The notes beneath the pieces were generated by a model that had not been told where the DNA came from, did not search any database, and saw only the letters and a list, made by a program, of their open reading frames with translations. Source: Candidatus Bathyarchaeia archaeon (GTDB lineage: Archaea > Thermoproteota > Bathyarchaeia > 40CM-2-53-6). Taken from it: 64,000 nt of DNA. The DNA lies in the NCBI GenBank assembly GCA_050013255.1, contig JBEKFP010000001.1, positions 416,001 to 480,000 of the forward strand. Reading direction: 5' to 3'. Positions 39,562 to 49,381 of this stretch are shown here, piece by piece (position 1 is the first letter of the stretch; every line of letters begins with the position of its first letter). A program made the position numbers and the translations under genes.

Positions 39562-42336
39562 TCATGACTTGTTGAGCGTGATTTCCGCCAGTGCTCGGTC
39601 GTAGTTTTGGTTTCCTGGCCAGCTCGCGGCCAATGTAAAGCTCCCAGGTATGTTAACGAACCAAGTGAAGCTCATACTGGGGGAACTCATGATTACATTT
39701 TCGATCGGAACAAAGGTTTTGTTGTCAAAGGTATACGACACAGTTACGTTGGCTCCGCTCACGAACGGGGACATTTGAACCGTCACCGTAACGTTCTGGC
39801 CTACCGTCACTGAATGGGAGGATGTTGTGATACTCAAATTTACTCTTCCGGTTTGCACATTGAGGACTTGAGGCGTAGTCGAAGTATCTGCGTACGGGCC
39901 CACAGCACCTAGGTAGTGGGCTCGAATAATGTAATTGCCAGCGTCAGGCGTCCAGGTGTAGCTATACGTTCCGTTTGGAGAGACAGGCACACCCTGTATT
40001 GGCTGCCACGTTTGGCCACTGTCAGTAGACGCTTCCAATGTGACCGATGGGTTGCTGATGCTCAACGCGTTTCCAGCGGGATCACCAAGATTCCCGGCAA
40101 GGACCACTTGTTGTCCGTATGGGATTTGGTGTTTGATTGGATTGATTGATAAGTGAACTGCCTTTGGAATTCTCACTTGAAAGAGGAATACAAAGTTGTT
40201 CGATGAAGAGAAGACACGTGTGAAGTATTGAGAAGGCTGCTCATTGGCCGCATTTGTTGCCAAAGCCATCATGTAGCCTAACATCGTGTGGTCGTTGAGC
40301 TGGTTATTGCTCGCAATCGTATCGTTACTTACGAATTTTCCTTTCGAGTCTTGGAGCAATTGGGTATAGCTCGAACTGGTGCTACCAGTTTGAGTGGCGG
40401 TAACGGTTTCCGTGTAGATCACTTTATAGTTGTTCCACATCGTGTTATTTCCGATGCGTGCCATCCAATACCATTTCCCGTCCTCGCCGAACCCTTGGTA
40501 TCCTCCTTGACTGCCACCTGAAGGCGTGATAAAGATAGCCACGTACGATACGTTATATTTTTCGAGATTAGGGATTGCCATAGTGATGTTATCGAGGAAG
40601 GTTTGAGCTATCACGGCTATCTGCGTGGAGTTTTGGGTACCGTTATCCGCGAGCGTTCTCCGATCGCCGAGAGCAGTGATCCAATACCCATAGTCCCACC
40701 ACGCGAAAACAACCGAACCAGTAGGCGTGTTCTGTCGCATCCACGACAATGCCTCAAGCCAATCTGCATACTTCAATTCCTGCCCAGTTGCTGGAGCTGT
40801 GGGAATACTTGAAGTGACGATTGTTGCAGGTTGGTATGAGCCACGCACCGCCGTCCAGAAGGTCGGAATTATAATTATGAGGAGGATTAGAAAGATGGCG
40901 ACACCAAACTCTCGGCCAATTCTACTTATGACTCGAGTTTTATGTTTTGGATAGATAACCGCCTCGCGCACAATGTCGACTGCAGGTTTCCCTAGTTCCA
41001 CAGTCCCTATGGCAGCTAACAGGCAGAAAGCCGGAGCAAGGAGCAAGGTTAGACGGACGAAGGATGCCGCAAAATAGACAGCAGTGACTCCCCATAGAAG
41101 TAGGAAGATATCGTCGTTCCTAACCCTTTGCAGAATGAAAACGAAGCCGAACAGAATCAGGAAAATAAGGGCTCCAAATTCGTAGAAGAACGACCCCCAC
41201 GTTGCGGGTTGATGTTCCGCAACACTTTGGATGATTGGAACTTGACCGCGGACAAACGGGTCTATTACGGCATAGAATTTGCCATAGGGGAGAGAAACCG
41301 CGTGGAAATACGAAAGAACGGTAACAACTGCTATGGTTCCAAGTACCGTCGCCATTAGCGCGTAAATCTGGTGCTTCCGGTTGGTGACATACGTGGAGGC
41401 TTCGCGAGCAAGTAGGACTACCTCCCCAACCGGTATTACCAGCCAAGTGAAATCGCTAAGTCCACCAAAGCCAAGCTTCGGGACCAAAAATGGAGTAAAG
41501 AGCAAGAATATTCCCATAGTGACAGAATAGCTTAGGAAGAGTTTCTTCGAAGAACGACCCAATATGCCTAAGATAACTGCGTAGACAACCAATAGGTCAA
41601 GCGGGTAGTAGGCCGCTGCCCAAGACGCGGCCAGGTAGAAGAGCGAGAACCCGGTTAAGCCAGCGTATATCAGCGTCTTACGGGTTGAAGAGGTTGGCAC
41701 AGTCGACCTTCTGAAGAAGAGGAAGAGCAGTATCATCAGCAGAATGCCAAGCGGCTCATGGCGGAGAAAACCAAGTTGGGTTCGACCAATACTGCTTGGA
41801 TTCAAAGCCAAAAACAGGGCGGTAAACAATCCTGCGCCTTTTCCCCAGAAATCCTTTCCAAGGAAGTATGCTGCTAGAACGGTTAGGGTTCCGGCGACTA
41901 CTGGAAAGACAACTGCAACCACAAACACGGTTACATTTACGCCAACATAATGCAGTATCATCGTGATGGCCGCTATTACGAAGGCCGTACCGTAGAGGTT
42001 CCATGTGGGCATGTCCGCGCCGTATGGATACCAACTCATCGTGTCATGCCAGCTAAACCACGCCAAGAAACCGTGATCGACAACGTACTGTGCCATGCGC
42101 CATTGCAAGTACGGATCGAATTCGTTTAGGAAGAATCCCCAGCGGATAGGCATTATTCGGACGGCTAGTGCTACGAGAACAATCAAGCCAACTACAATTG
42201 CTTCTATGACCGTTCCTCGAGAGATTCCTGAAAGAACTTTGCGAGTTCCTTCAACACGACCGGCAAGTGTTTCGCGGTTTATGTACTTCCCTAAGAAGCC
42301 ACGCACCTTCCTCAGGGCTTGCCGGGTAGCTGACAT
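39562..42336 (-). CDS. aglB: Oligosaccharyltransferase AglB/STT3 with C-terminal Ig-like extension
   Basis: EFDPY, SVAEHQP, WWDYG, DNGTQNST, EDGKWYWM; many TM helices. Confidence 0.93.
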   Translation of the reverse strand: MSATRQALRKVRGFLGKYINRETLAGRVEGTRKVLSGISRGTVIEAIVVGLIVLVALAVRIMPIRWGFFLNEFDPYLQWRMAQYVVDHGFLAWFSWHDTMSWYPYGADMPTWNLYGTAFVIAAITMILHYVGVNVTVFVVAVVFPVVAGTLTVLAAYFLGKDFWGKGAGLFTALFLALNPSSIGRTQLGFLRHEPLGILLMILLFLFFRRSTVPTSSTRKTLIYAGLTGFSLFYLAASWAAAYYPLDLLVVYAVILGILGRSSKKLFLSYSVTMGIFLLFTPFLVPKLGFGGLSDFTWLVIPVGEVVLLAREASTYVTNRKHQIYALMATVLGTIAVVTVLSYFHAVSLPYGKFYAVIDPFVRGQVPIIQSVAEHQPATWGSFFYEFGALIFLILFGFVFILQRVRNDDIFLLLWGVTAVYFAASFVRLTLLLAPAFCLLAAIGTVELGKPAVDIVREAVIYPKHKTRVISRIGREFGVAIFLILLIIIIPTFWTAVRGSYQPATIVTSSIPTAPATGQELKYADWLEALSWMRQNTPTGSVVFAWWDYGYWITALGDRRTLADNGTQNSTQIAVIAQTFLDNITMAIPNLEKYNVSYVAIFITPSGGSQGGYQGFGEDGKWYWMARIGNNTMWNNYKVIYTETVTATQTGSTSSSYTQLLQDSKGKFVSNDTIASNNQLNDHTMLGYMMALATNAANEQPSQYFTRVFSSSNNFVFLFQVRIPKAVHLSINPIKHQIPYGQQVVLAGNLGDPAGNALSISNPSVTLEASTDSGQTWQPIQGVPVSPNGTYSYTWTPDAGNYIIRAHYLGAVGPYADTSTTPQVLNVQTGRVNLSITTSSHSVTVGQNVTVTVQMSPFVSGANVTVSYTFDNKTFVPIENVIMSSPSMSFTWFVNIPGSFTLAASWPGNQNYDRALAEITLNKS

Positions 42337-42454
42337 TTCTGCACCTAGGGATTTTTCAGGTTACACTTTCAGTGTGTTATAAAAGGTTGGTGAGTTATAA
42401 CTCAGTATCCAGTGTCAGGTTGGACCTAGATCGGTCCGCAAAACCATCTCGAAG

Positions 42455-43606
42455 TTAATCTACTTTGACTACCGCAAACTCACGATATCCCACCACAATA
42501 CGCCAATAGCCAACCAATTCGTTGTCCAATGGGACATCGCCAGTGTCAACATGTAATTTCCGTTCAGGAAGATTGGCCAATTTGCTTCTAGTACAAATCA
42601 CTATGATGTTTTCTTTTCCAATTGCGCGGATCACGATAGGGGTAATTTGCTGATTTCCTCTGCCTAGGATGTGGCCCTGCCCGCCGATCGGGGAGATAAC
42701 CAACTTCGTTGAACGCATTCGGACTAGTTCTTCCAATTCCCTGCCAGTTACATCTCTCGCGACCAACCTACCCCTAAAAATAACGTCAACTCCGAGCAAT
42801 GTCTTTTGCACATCCAGCAATTCGGCAACCTTACTGGTAGTTGAACCAGGGCCTAGGACGTATTGAAATTCCTTGTCCATATCTTCTACTACAAACTTGG
42901 CTAACGCTTCTTGCTCAATGTCCCCCTCTAATGAGAACGGAGCTGATTTTGCATTTTGCATGAAACGCCTTGAAGAGGGCACGCGCAGTATTCCACAGAT
43001 TCTCGTTTGAATTCTACCATTGCGCATCGAATCTTCATCAAAATCCAACACCTCGGAGTCAACCGTCGCATTCTTATTCTCCATGAACAACGCGACTGCT
43101 CCTCCAACGGCCTCGGGTGAAGACGCGAAAACTCCGGAATAGTTCTTTACGCCGCAAGGTATACCGAGCACGGGAATATTTGCGTCAACAGCTTCCGAAA
43201 TATCACGAGCGGTACCATCTCCACCAGCAAATAATAGCAGGCTTACCCTATGTTCGAGCTCTTTCGCAGCCCTTAGAGTGTCAACCGCAGTAGTTCTTTC
43301 CATCAGCTGAATTGGTATTACGTCACAGTGTACGGCGGCCGCGGCCGCCTCGTTCTCTCCCATTTCGCCAGGACAAGTGATTACGTTCACTCCCGGAAGG
43401 TTCCGTTTCACCGCCCTTAGCGCCCGAATAGAACGCTCGGGCGCGACTGGATGACCTCCGCGTCTCAAGGCTTCCTCTAAGATCTCGGGGCGATCCGTTC
43501 CCTTGAGTCCTACGGCACCACCGATTCCTGCGATTGGATTTACTATAAGGCCCACATTTGGAACCTCCTCGGGTGCCTCAGCATCTCGTGATCCGTCACG
43601 TGTCAA
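42455..43606 (-). CDS. ATP-NAD kinase (AcoX-like) family protein
   Basis: NPIAGIGGAVGLKGTD, GGDGTARD, ILGRGNQQ. Confidence 0.88.
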   Translation of the reverse strand: MTRDGSRDAEAPEEVPNVGLIVNPIAGIGGAVGLKGTDRPEILEEALRRGGHPVAPERSIRALRAVKRNLPGVNVITCPGEMGENEAAAAAVHCDVIPIQLMERTTAVDTLRAAKELEHRVSLLLFAGGDGTARDISEAVDANIPVLGIPCGVKNYSGVFASSPEAVGGAVALFMENKNATVDSEVLDFDEDSMRNGRIQTRICGILRVPSSRRFMQNAKSAPFSLEGDIEQEALAKFVVEDMDKEFQYVLGPGSTTSKVAELLDVQKTLLGVDVIFRGRLVARDVTGRELEELVRMRSTKLVISPIGGQGHILGRGNQQITPIVIRAIGKENIIVICTRSKLANLPERKLHVDTGDVPLDNELVGYWRIVVGYREFAVVKVD

Positions 43607-43683
43607 ACTAATTCATCCCGATCGAGAAACCAAAGTTCAACTACGAAAGACTTGTCTGGGGGTGTAGCGAACTTCCATAAATC

Positions 43684-44028
43684 GTGGCTGGTAGAATGTC
43701 AGGTACAATCGTAAGGTGCCCCTCTTGCAAGAGGGCGAACAAGCTGGATGCCAGATATTGCATTGATTGCGGATCAATACTGAAACCTATCTATTGTTCT
43801 TCTTGCGGAACAGCTAACCCCGAAGGCTTGGAGCAGTGTCTCGAATGTGGAAACCCACTGCCGACCCTAATGGGCATACGATGGAGCCCCATCGTCAATG
43901 TTCTAAAGCCCACTTCAGCGATGACCAATGAGGAAATCAGTGATTTGGGTGGGAAGCCCGAAGGGACCGCTGACGAATCCCTATATGGGAACTTAACGTC
44001 GCGACGTAATAAGAAAATTAGGCGTTAG
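43684..44028 (+). CDS. Double zinc ribbon protein
   Basis: Four CxxC pairs. Confidence 0.75.
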   Translation: MAGRMSGTIVRCPSCKRANKLDARYCIDCGSILKPIYCSSCGTANPEGLEQCLECGNPLPTLMGIRWSPIVNVLKPTSAMTNEEISDLGGKPEGTADESLYGNLTSRRNKKIRR

Positions 44029-45172
44029 CAACGTCTGATGAGGGTACCTGTCTCTTTCTTGAATAACCATACTTGCTCGGATCATAGAATGGCGGTCTGA
44101 CAATCTTCCCCTCCTCTAGACGACCTCTTACCTCGATTTCGATACCAATGCCTTCCCGTCCAACGTCAGGTCCAACGTATCCCATTGCGATGCCTTTGTT
44201 CAGAATCGGTGATAGAGTTCCGCTTGTGACTGTTCCGACATTTTTCGCAGAGTGAATTATGTTAAACCCATGCCTTGGGATAACACGTTTCGTTGTTACA
44301 AGGCCGATGCGCGTTCTCAGGGGTCCTTTTTCCTTAATTTCTTGCAATCTCTTCTTGCCGATGAACTCTTTGTCTAGTTTGACCACGAACCCCAGCTTCG
44401 CCTCGTACGGGTTTGTTTTCTCATCCATGTCCGTCCCGTATAGGCAAAGTCCAGCTTCCAAGCGCAGAACATCTCGAGCCCCCAACCCGCACGGTTCAAG
44501 CCCATAAGCTTCACCGGCCTGCAAGACTCGATCCCAGACCATTCGCGCCTTCTCAGGTTTAGCTACAGGAGAATCCCAAACGAACAATTCAAACCCGTCC
44601 TCCCCAGTATAGCCAGTCCTGGAAACCAAGGCCCTGGTCCCAGCAATCTGTGCCCAAGAGCACCCGAACCTAGGCATTGCATCGAGTTGAATACTAAACA
44701 GTGGTTGCATGATGGGGATTGTTTTCGGGCCTTGCACAGCGAACATCGCGACATCATCAGATACGTCTTGGATATCGACATTCAGGCCTCTAGCGTTGCT
44801 CAGAATCCAATCGTAGTCTTTAGATCGGTTCGCAGCGTTGTAGACGATTAAGTGCTCACCCTCTTGCAACCGGAAGACCAGCACATCATCTTTGATGCCC
44901 CCTTCAGGGTTGCACAGAAGGGAGTACTGGCCTTCGCCGTTCGCAAGGGAAGCAACATTATTCGTCGATAGATTATCCAGTAACTTCTGTGAATTGTTTC
45001 CCCGAATTATCGCGCGACCCATGTGGCTAACGTCGAAAATTCCTGCAGCGTTTCGAACAGCCATTGATTCGAGTATGATTCCTTTAAACCAGAGGGGGAG
45101 GTTGAAACCTGCGAATTCCGACAGATGCCCGTTTTCCTCATGAAAACTTTGAACCTGGACATCTTTGGGCAA
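44018..45172 (-). CDS. gcvT: Glycine cleavage system T protein
   Basis: GIFDVSHMG, SRTGYTGEDGFE, GLGARDVLRLEAG. Confidence 0.95.
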   Translation of the reverse strand: MPKDVQVQSFHEENGHLSEFAGFNLPLWFKGIILESMAVRNAAGIFDVSHMGRAIIRGNNSQKLLDNLSTNNVASLANGEGQYSLLCNPEGGIKDDVLVFRLQEGEHLIVYNAANRSKDYDWILSNARGLNVDIQDVSDDVAMFAVQGPKTIPIMQPLFSIQLDAMPRFGCSWAQIAGTRALVSRTGYTGEDGFELFVWDSPVAKPEKARMVWDRVLQAGEAYGLEPCGLGARDVLRLEAGLCLYGTDMDEKTNPYEAKLGFVVKLDKEFIGKKRLQEIKEKGPLRTRIGLVTTKRVIPRHGFNIIHSAKNVGTVTSGTLSPILNKGIAMGYVGPDVGREGIGIEIEVRGRLEEGKIVRPPFYDPSKYGYSRKRQVPSSDVANA

Positions 45173-45209
45173 GCTACTTCGCTCTTACCGCGCAGCTGTC
45201 TTTACCAGG

Positions 45210-45383
45210 TCAGGTCGTTTCTTCGTAGGGAACTATTTTGACTTTCTCAGTTGCGAAATCTAGTTTTTTCTTGCATTGTGGGCAGATACCGTTGTGTCGT
45301 TGAATGATTTCGGTTGGCGTTTCTAGCTCAAGCCCATGATATAGAATCGAGCCGCAGGCTTCGCATACGATCTTTTGTGGCAT
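45210..45383 (-). CDS. Small zinc-finger protein, 57 aa (not in ORF track)
   Basis: Manual translation MPQKIVCEACGSILYHGLELETPTEIIQRHNGICPQCKKKLDFATEKVKIVPYEETT*. Confidence 0.8.
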   Translation of the reverse strand: MPQKIVCEACGSILYHGLELETPTEIIQRHNGICPQCKKKLDFATEKVKIVPYEETT

Positions 45384-45467
45384 GCCTTAACCACGTTAGC
45401 CAAGCGGGGACAAGCATGGTAACATATTTTAGCCTCGTGGTCATTCCAGGTGCGAGTGTTGTAAAAT

Positions 45468-45926
45468 ATGTTCGAAGGGCTTCGAATCAAGCTTCGCAGG
45501 CTGCCATGGAGACTACAACGAGCTTTCACAAACGTCAGCTATTCCCTTAGAATTTTCAGGTCGCCCACTGCAAGAAGGATGAAACCCTCGACCACTGTAA
45601 TGATTGTGGCGGTGCTTGTCTTCGTCGGTTTCGTACTGGCTGGAGGAATATACGATATACTAGAACGCCCAATCTCGCTACTGCCCTCCCCTACTGGATA
45701 CTCAGTCGTCATTAAGGGAACCTTAGGGCAGCAGACACTGAACGAGAGCCTGATTGCGGCTTTCCTCTACATGCTCGGTCTGGGGGGGCTGTACATGCTT
45801 CTTCGGAGCACAAGGTTTGCTTACAGGCCACGCAACGCGTACCTCCTCCTCATACTAGGCACGCTTACGGTACTCATTGTCGTATTCTACTCGACTGCGC
45901 TCATTAATCAAAAGATCGGCGGATGA
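45468..45926 (+). CDS. OSTC/DC2 (OST3/OST6 family)-like membrane protein
   Basis: Three TM helices; GGIYDILERP, QTLNES, LGLGGLYML pattern resembles eukaryotic OSTC. Confidence 0.7.
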   Translation: MFEGLRIKLRRLPWRLQRAFTNVSYSLRIFRSPTARRMKPSTTVMIVAVLVFVGFVLAGGIYDILERPISLLPSPTGYSVVIKGTLGQQTLNESLIAAFLYMLGLGGLYMLLRSTRFAYRPRNAYLLLILGTLTVLIVVFYSTALINQKIGG

Positions 45927-45939
45927 TGATAGGGTTAAC

Positions 45940-46473
45940 TCACCAATAGTTCCTCTTAAGCCCGAGACAGTACGCGGCAACATTCGTGAGAAAGTGAATG
46001 GGTGGAGTCACAAAAAGTAATATTGCGATTGCTCCCAGACTTAACCTGTAAACCGAAGAAACAAACAGTAATGCACCTAATACAAAATCCAGTTGGTCTA
46101 TTCCGGGTAATGCGTCGCCCGGTTTGATTCTTAGTCTTCTCTTTAGAAAGGCCCCCCCCAAGTCGCCCAAAAGCGCGCCGACCGACGCCAAGACTGCGAT
46201 TAGGAACAGGTTCCTTGAGACCAAGTAGTAACCAAAAGCCCCTACTATTGCGCCAACCACCAGCCCACTAAGAATTCCGCGGACCGTCTTGTTGTCCCCG
46301 AGAATCCGGTTCCCATCGGAGAGAGATTTGCCTAAATCTATCGGAAGGCCTCCGCCAAAAATGACTGGCGCGCCGTTAGTGCAGTACGCTGGTATTATGA
46401 TGTAGAGGGCCGAAACCAAATCCTGTGTCGAAGGCCACAAACTGTTCACCAGCTGAAAGAAAGACGCTAGCAT
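45940..46473 (-). CDS. carS: CDP-archaeol synthase
   Basis: PAYCTNGAPV, GDNKTVRG, GDLGGAFLKRRL, DQLDF. Confidence 0.92.
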   Translation of the reverse strand: MLASFFQLVNSLWPSTQDLVSALYIIIPAYCTNGAPVIFGGGLPIDLGKSLSDGNRILGDNKTVRGILSGLVVGAIVGAFGYYLVSRNLFLIAVLASVGALLGDLGGAFLKRRLRIKPGDALPGIDQLDFVLGALLFVSSVYRLSLGAIAILLFVTPPIHFLTNVAAYCLGLKRNYW

Positions 46474-46493
46474 CCGGTTTATAGAAATAAGAG

Positions 46494-47198
46494 TTAGGTT
46501 GAGACATCCGACAGTCCGGTTTCACTGAGTGCAATGAGGCAACTAGTTCTCGCGACGTCTGAACCTCCGCTTCTCTCCAAAACGAACTCCTTGACATTCG
46601 TCTTGGGAGTATTTCTAAGCCTGAGGATCGTCTGCGGAAAATGGAACAACGCCCTACGTGCGACTGGTTCAATTTCAGCTGCGGGCGTGGTTAGGCGGGC
46701 GTGAACTTGGCTTGTTAGCATACAGGCAATTCTACGAGAAGCGGACAATTCTCCCAAGTACGCAACCTGTCTACTGAGGTCTCTGTTGAGGCTAAAAATG
46801 CTCTCCGAACCTGAAAATGCAGCACGATAGAGGGAACTCATAGAATCGATAATCACCAAACCAAGAGCTGGGGTGACATAGTTTTCGAGCGATTCAACGA
46901 TACTCCGTTGCTCTGAAAAAGTCTCGGGCAGGAAGAGCAGTATTAATTGGCTGATCTCCTCAGAGTTCACTCCAGCTATCTGATGAAACCTCTGTTGGGT
47001 GAACGAATGGTCGGAGTCCAAGTATAGTGTCTTGAGGCCTAACTTGGCTGCGGCAATTGCCGCCTGAATCACTGTAGTTGTTTTGCCGGTTGCAGCTTCA
47101 CCATAAACTAGTGCCACCTCTCCTCTTGCGAGGCCTCCGTTGAGCAGTTTATCCAAACCGCTGCAACCAATTGGAATTCTTTCCTGGCCTGCTCGCAA
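46494..47198 (-). CDS. radB: DNA repair protein RadB
   Basis: LDKLLNGG, YGEAATGKTT, IIDSMSSLYR, TSQV. Confidence 0.8.
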   Translation of the reverse strand: MRAGQERIPIGCSGLDKLLNGGLARGEVALVYGEAATGKTTTVIQAAIAAAKLGLKTLYLDSDHSFTQQRFHQIAGVNSEEISQLILLFLPETFSEQRSIVESLENYVTPALGLVIIDSMSSLYRAAFSGSESIFSLNRDLSRQVAYLGELSASRRIACMLTSQVHARLTTPAAEIEPVARRALFHFPQTILRLRNTPKTNVKEFVLERSGGSDVARTSCLIALSETGLSDVST

Positions 47199-47280
47199 CT
47201 AGATTATCCTCACAGGTCGCAGAGAAGCCGATTCCGGGAAGATTTCATCGCCGGAGTTCCCGGGTTCCGCGAGAAGTATC

Positions 47281-47697
47281 CTATTCCTGACTTGACATTA
47301 ATTCCTTTACAATTGCGCGAGGTCTAGCAGCATCAAGTAGTCGAGTGAACTGTTTGATCCATAATGGATAGAGGTGAAGTCTTCCATAGAAAAATTCTTC
47401 GAAAACCAGATTATCTAGCAAGCTCATGGCTCGGCGAACCCTCGAGTAGCCGTAGACCGTTGATAGCCGGTCGACATTATCGAGTGAAGGTAGGCTCATG
47501 AATTCTGAAGCTATAGTTTCGTACACTCCCATCTGCACTTGCCCTTCTTGCAATCTTCGTGCCTGTAACTTACGTAGAGCCAGTCGCTTAAACACCCGCG
47601 ACTGCTGCAGCCGCTCTTCGAGGGTGGAATTATTGGATGAATTCATGCGGGATTCATTCCCAGTATGCGTACGCGATGCATTTTTAAATTCATGCAT
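47281..47697 (-). CDS. Hypothetical protein
   Basis: 138-aa ORF co-oriented between gcvH and radB. Confidence 0.55.
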   Translation of the reverse strand: MHEFKNASRTHTGNESRMNSSNNSTLEERLQQSRVFKRLALRKLQARRLQEGQVQMGVYETIASEFMSLPSLDNVDRLSTVYGYSRVRRAMSLLDNLVFEEFFYGRLHLYPLWIKQFTRLLDAARPRAIVKELMSSQE

Positions 47698-47735
47698 GAA
47701 CGATGAAATAACCGTCCTCTCTTCCTGTCGAGTCT

Positions 47736-48128
47736 TTAGGTCTTCTTGGTAAGTTCCTCGAGAAAACTCCCGTAGCCTTCTGCCTTCAACAAGGCCTGCA
47801 GGTCAGTTGGCAGGCGCGAAGGCTTAACTATGACAATCCAACCGGCACCGTATGGGTCTTGGTTCACGAGTTCTGGAGACTCAACCAATTTCTCATTGCG
47901 CTCTGCAACTTCACCAGAAACTGGTGAATAAAGTTCGGAAACGGCTTTGACTGATTCAACTGTCCCGAAAGCAATGTTTTGAGTTAAGGCCTTACCCACG
48001 TTAGGCAGATCCACGTACACGACTTCGTGAAGCGCCTTCTGTGCATGATCTGTTATTCCGATGCGGCATTTTCCATTCTCAAGCTTCATCCACTCATGCT
48101 CTTTAGTGTAGTACAATCCTTCCGGCAC
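47736..48128 (-). CDS. gcvH: Glycine cleavage system H protein
   Basis: YYTKEHEW, VESVKAVSELYSPVSG (lipoyl Lys), NQDPYGAGW; start approximate. Confidence 0.94.
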   Translation of the reverse strand: MPEGLYYTKEHEWMKLENGKCRIGITDHAQKALHEVVYVDLPNVGKALTQNIAFGTVESVKAVSELYSPVSGEVAERNEKLVESPELVNQDPYGAGWIVIVKPSRLPTDLQALLKAEGYGSFLEELTKKT

Positions 48129-48268
48129 TTCAGAGTTGGCAACCCTCGTTAGTGAACCCTCCGAGCAATCACGGGATGAATCGATAGTGTATTTAGCAAT
48201 ATGCTCTGACTTCTTGGCTTGCAGAATGCAAAGTGAGTGATTCAACCTATCGAAGATGACTTCTGTCC

Positions 48269-49366
48269 ATGCGATACATCCTCGCACCCAACAACACACT
48301 AATGATCCGAGGTCCTGCATCTTGTAGACTGCTGAATGGGGAGGCTGAAGTTCTGGGCGCCCCATTAGACCGACAACGCAGATTGACGATAAACCGAGAC
48401 AAACAACTTCCAGTTGAAGCTAAAACTGAAGTCCACTTGGAAATTTTGATGGGTAAGTCTGCCGAGGTATTCGAGGTAGAAGGCAGCACGATACCCGCTT
48501 CTTGGACCGTGGCTGCAGATGCTTTAGTTGAGATGGAAAAAGGTAAGGTCATCCTGATCGGAATGACCGACGTCGGCAAAAGCACTCTCTCTACCTACAT
48601 GACAAACAAGTTGTTAGGGAAACAGTTGAGTCTCCACATAATTGACGGTGACATAGGACAAGCCGACATTGGGCCTCCAACAACCATAGGATATTCCATC
48701 CCAACAACTTCCATCTCTTCGCTCGTCGAACTCAGACCGGAATCTATCATTTTCATCGGCCACACAAGCGCAAGTCAGGTCGAAACGAAAATCATCGACG
48801 GGATACGGCGCCTCTCTAATCGCGCCCAAGATTCTCTTACAATCATAAACACCGACGGCTGGGTCCTCGACCCTGAAGCAATTTCATACAAAATCCGAAT
48901 GATAGCTGCAACTGAACCTGACCTTGTAATAGGGTTGGCTACCGGGGCGGAACTTCAGCCCGTACTATCTGGGTCACGGGCGCGCGCGTTGAATGTTGAT
49001 ACTGCAAAGGATGTGTTAGCGCGTTCCCGCAGCGACAGACGCGAGACTCGAATCACAGGTTACCGAAGATTCCTGGAAGGAGCAAGGACAAGAACTATCT
49101 CTTTACGAGCGGTCGATCTTTCAATCCCCGTTGGATTCCCCAAGGTTCATGGGCCAAAAGCATGGGAATTGAACAGCTTAATTGTTGGCCTCCTAGACGA
49201 TGAGGGGTACATGCTTGAGATAGGAGTTCTCATGGGTTTTGCAAATGATACGGTCAGAGTTTACTGCAGGTCGGTTGAGCGTGTTCACAAGATCGAAGTG
49301 GGCTACCTTAAATTGTCGAAGGACGGCACTGAACTTGGATATTTTGAACCACGGGAACCATTCTGA
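48269..49366 (+). CDS. Clp1/Grc3 polynucleotide 5'-kinase
   Basis: GMTDVGKST, DGDIGQADIGPP, INTDGW. Confidence 0.88.
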   Translation: MRYILAPNNTLMIRGPASCRLLNGEAEVLGAPLDRQRRLTINRDKQLPVEAKTEVHLEILMGKSAEVFEVEGSTIPASWTVAADALVEMEKGKVILIGMTDVGKSTLSTYMTNKLLGKQLSLHIIDGDIGQADIGPPTTIGYSIPTTSISSLVELRPESIIFIGHTSASQVETKIIDGIRRLSNRAQDSLTIINTDGWVLDPEAISYKIRMIAATEPDLVIGLATGAELQPVLSGSRARALNVDTAKDVLARSRSDRRETRITGYRRFLEGARTRTISLRAVDLSIPVGFPKVHGPKAWELNSLIVGLLDDEGYMLEIGVLMGFANDTVRVYCRSVERVHKIEVGYLKLSKDGTELGYFEPREPF

Positions 49367-49381
49367 AACGACTATCCTTTA

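Noticed and set aside
48129-48365. N-terminal extension of gcvH; similar extensions for Rieske (to 36149), rpl10e (25912), aroA (54161), glycosylase (14354), dph2 (27318)
   Set aside because: Longest-ORF artefacts overlapping neighbours or promoters; homology starts later
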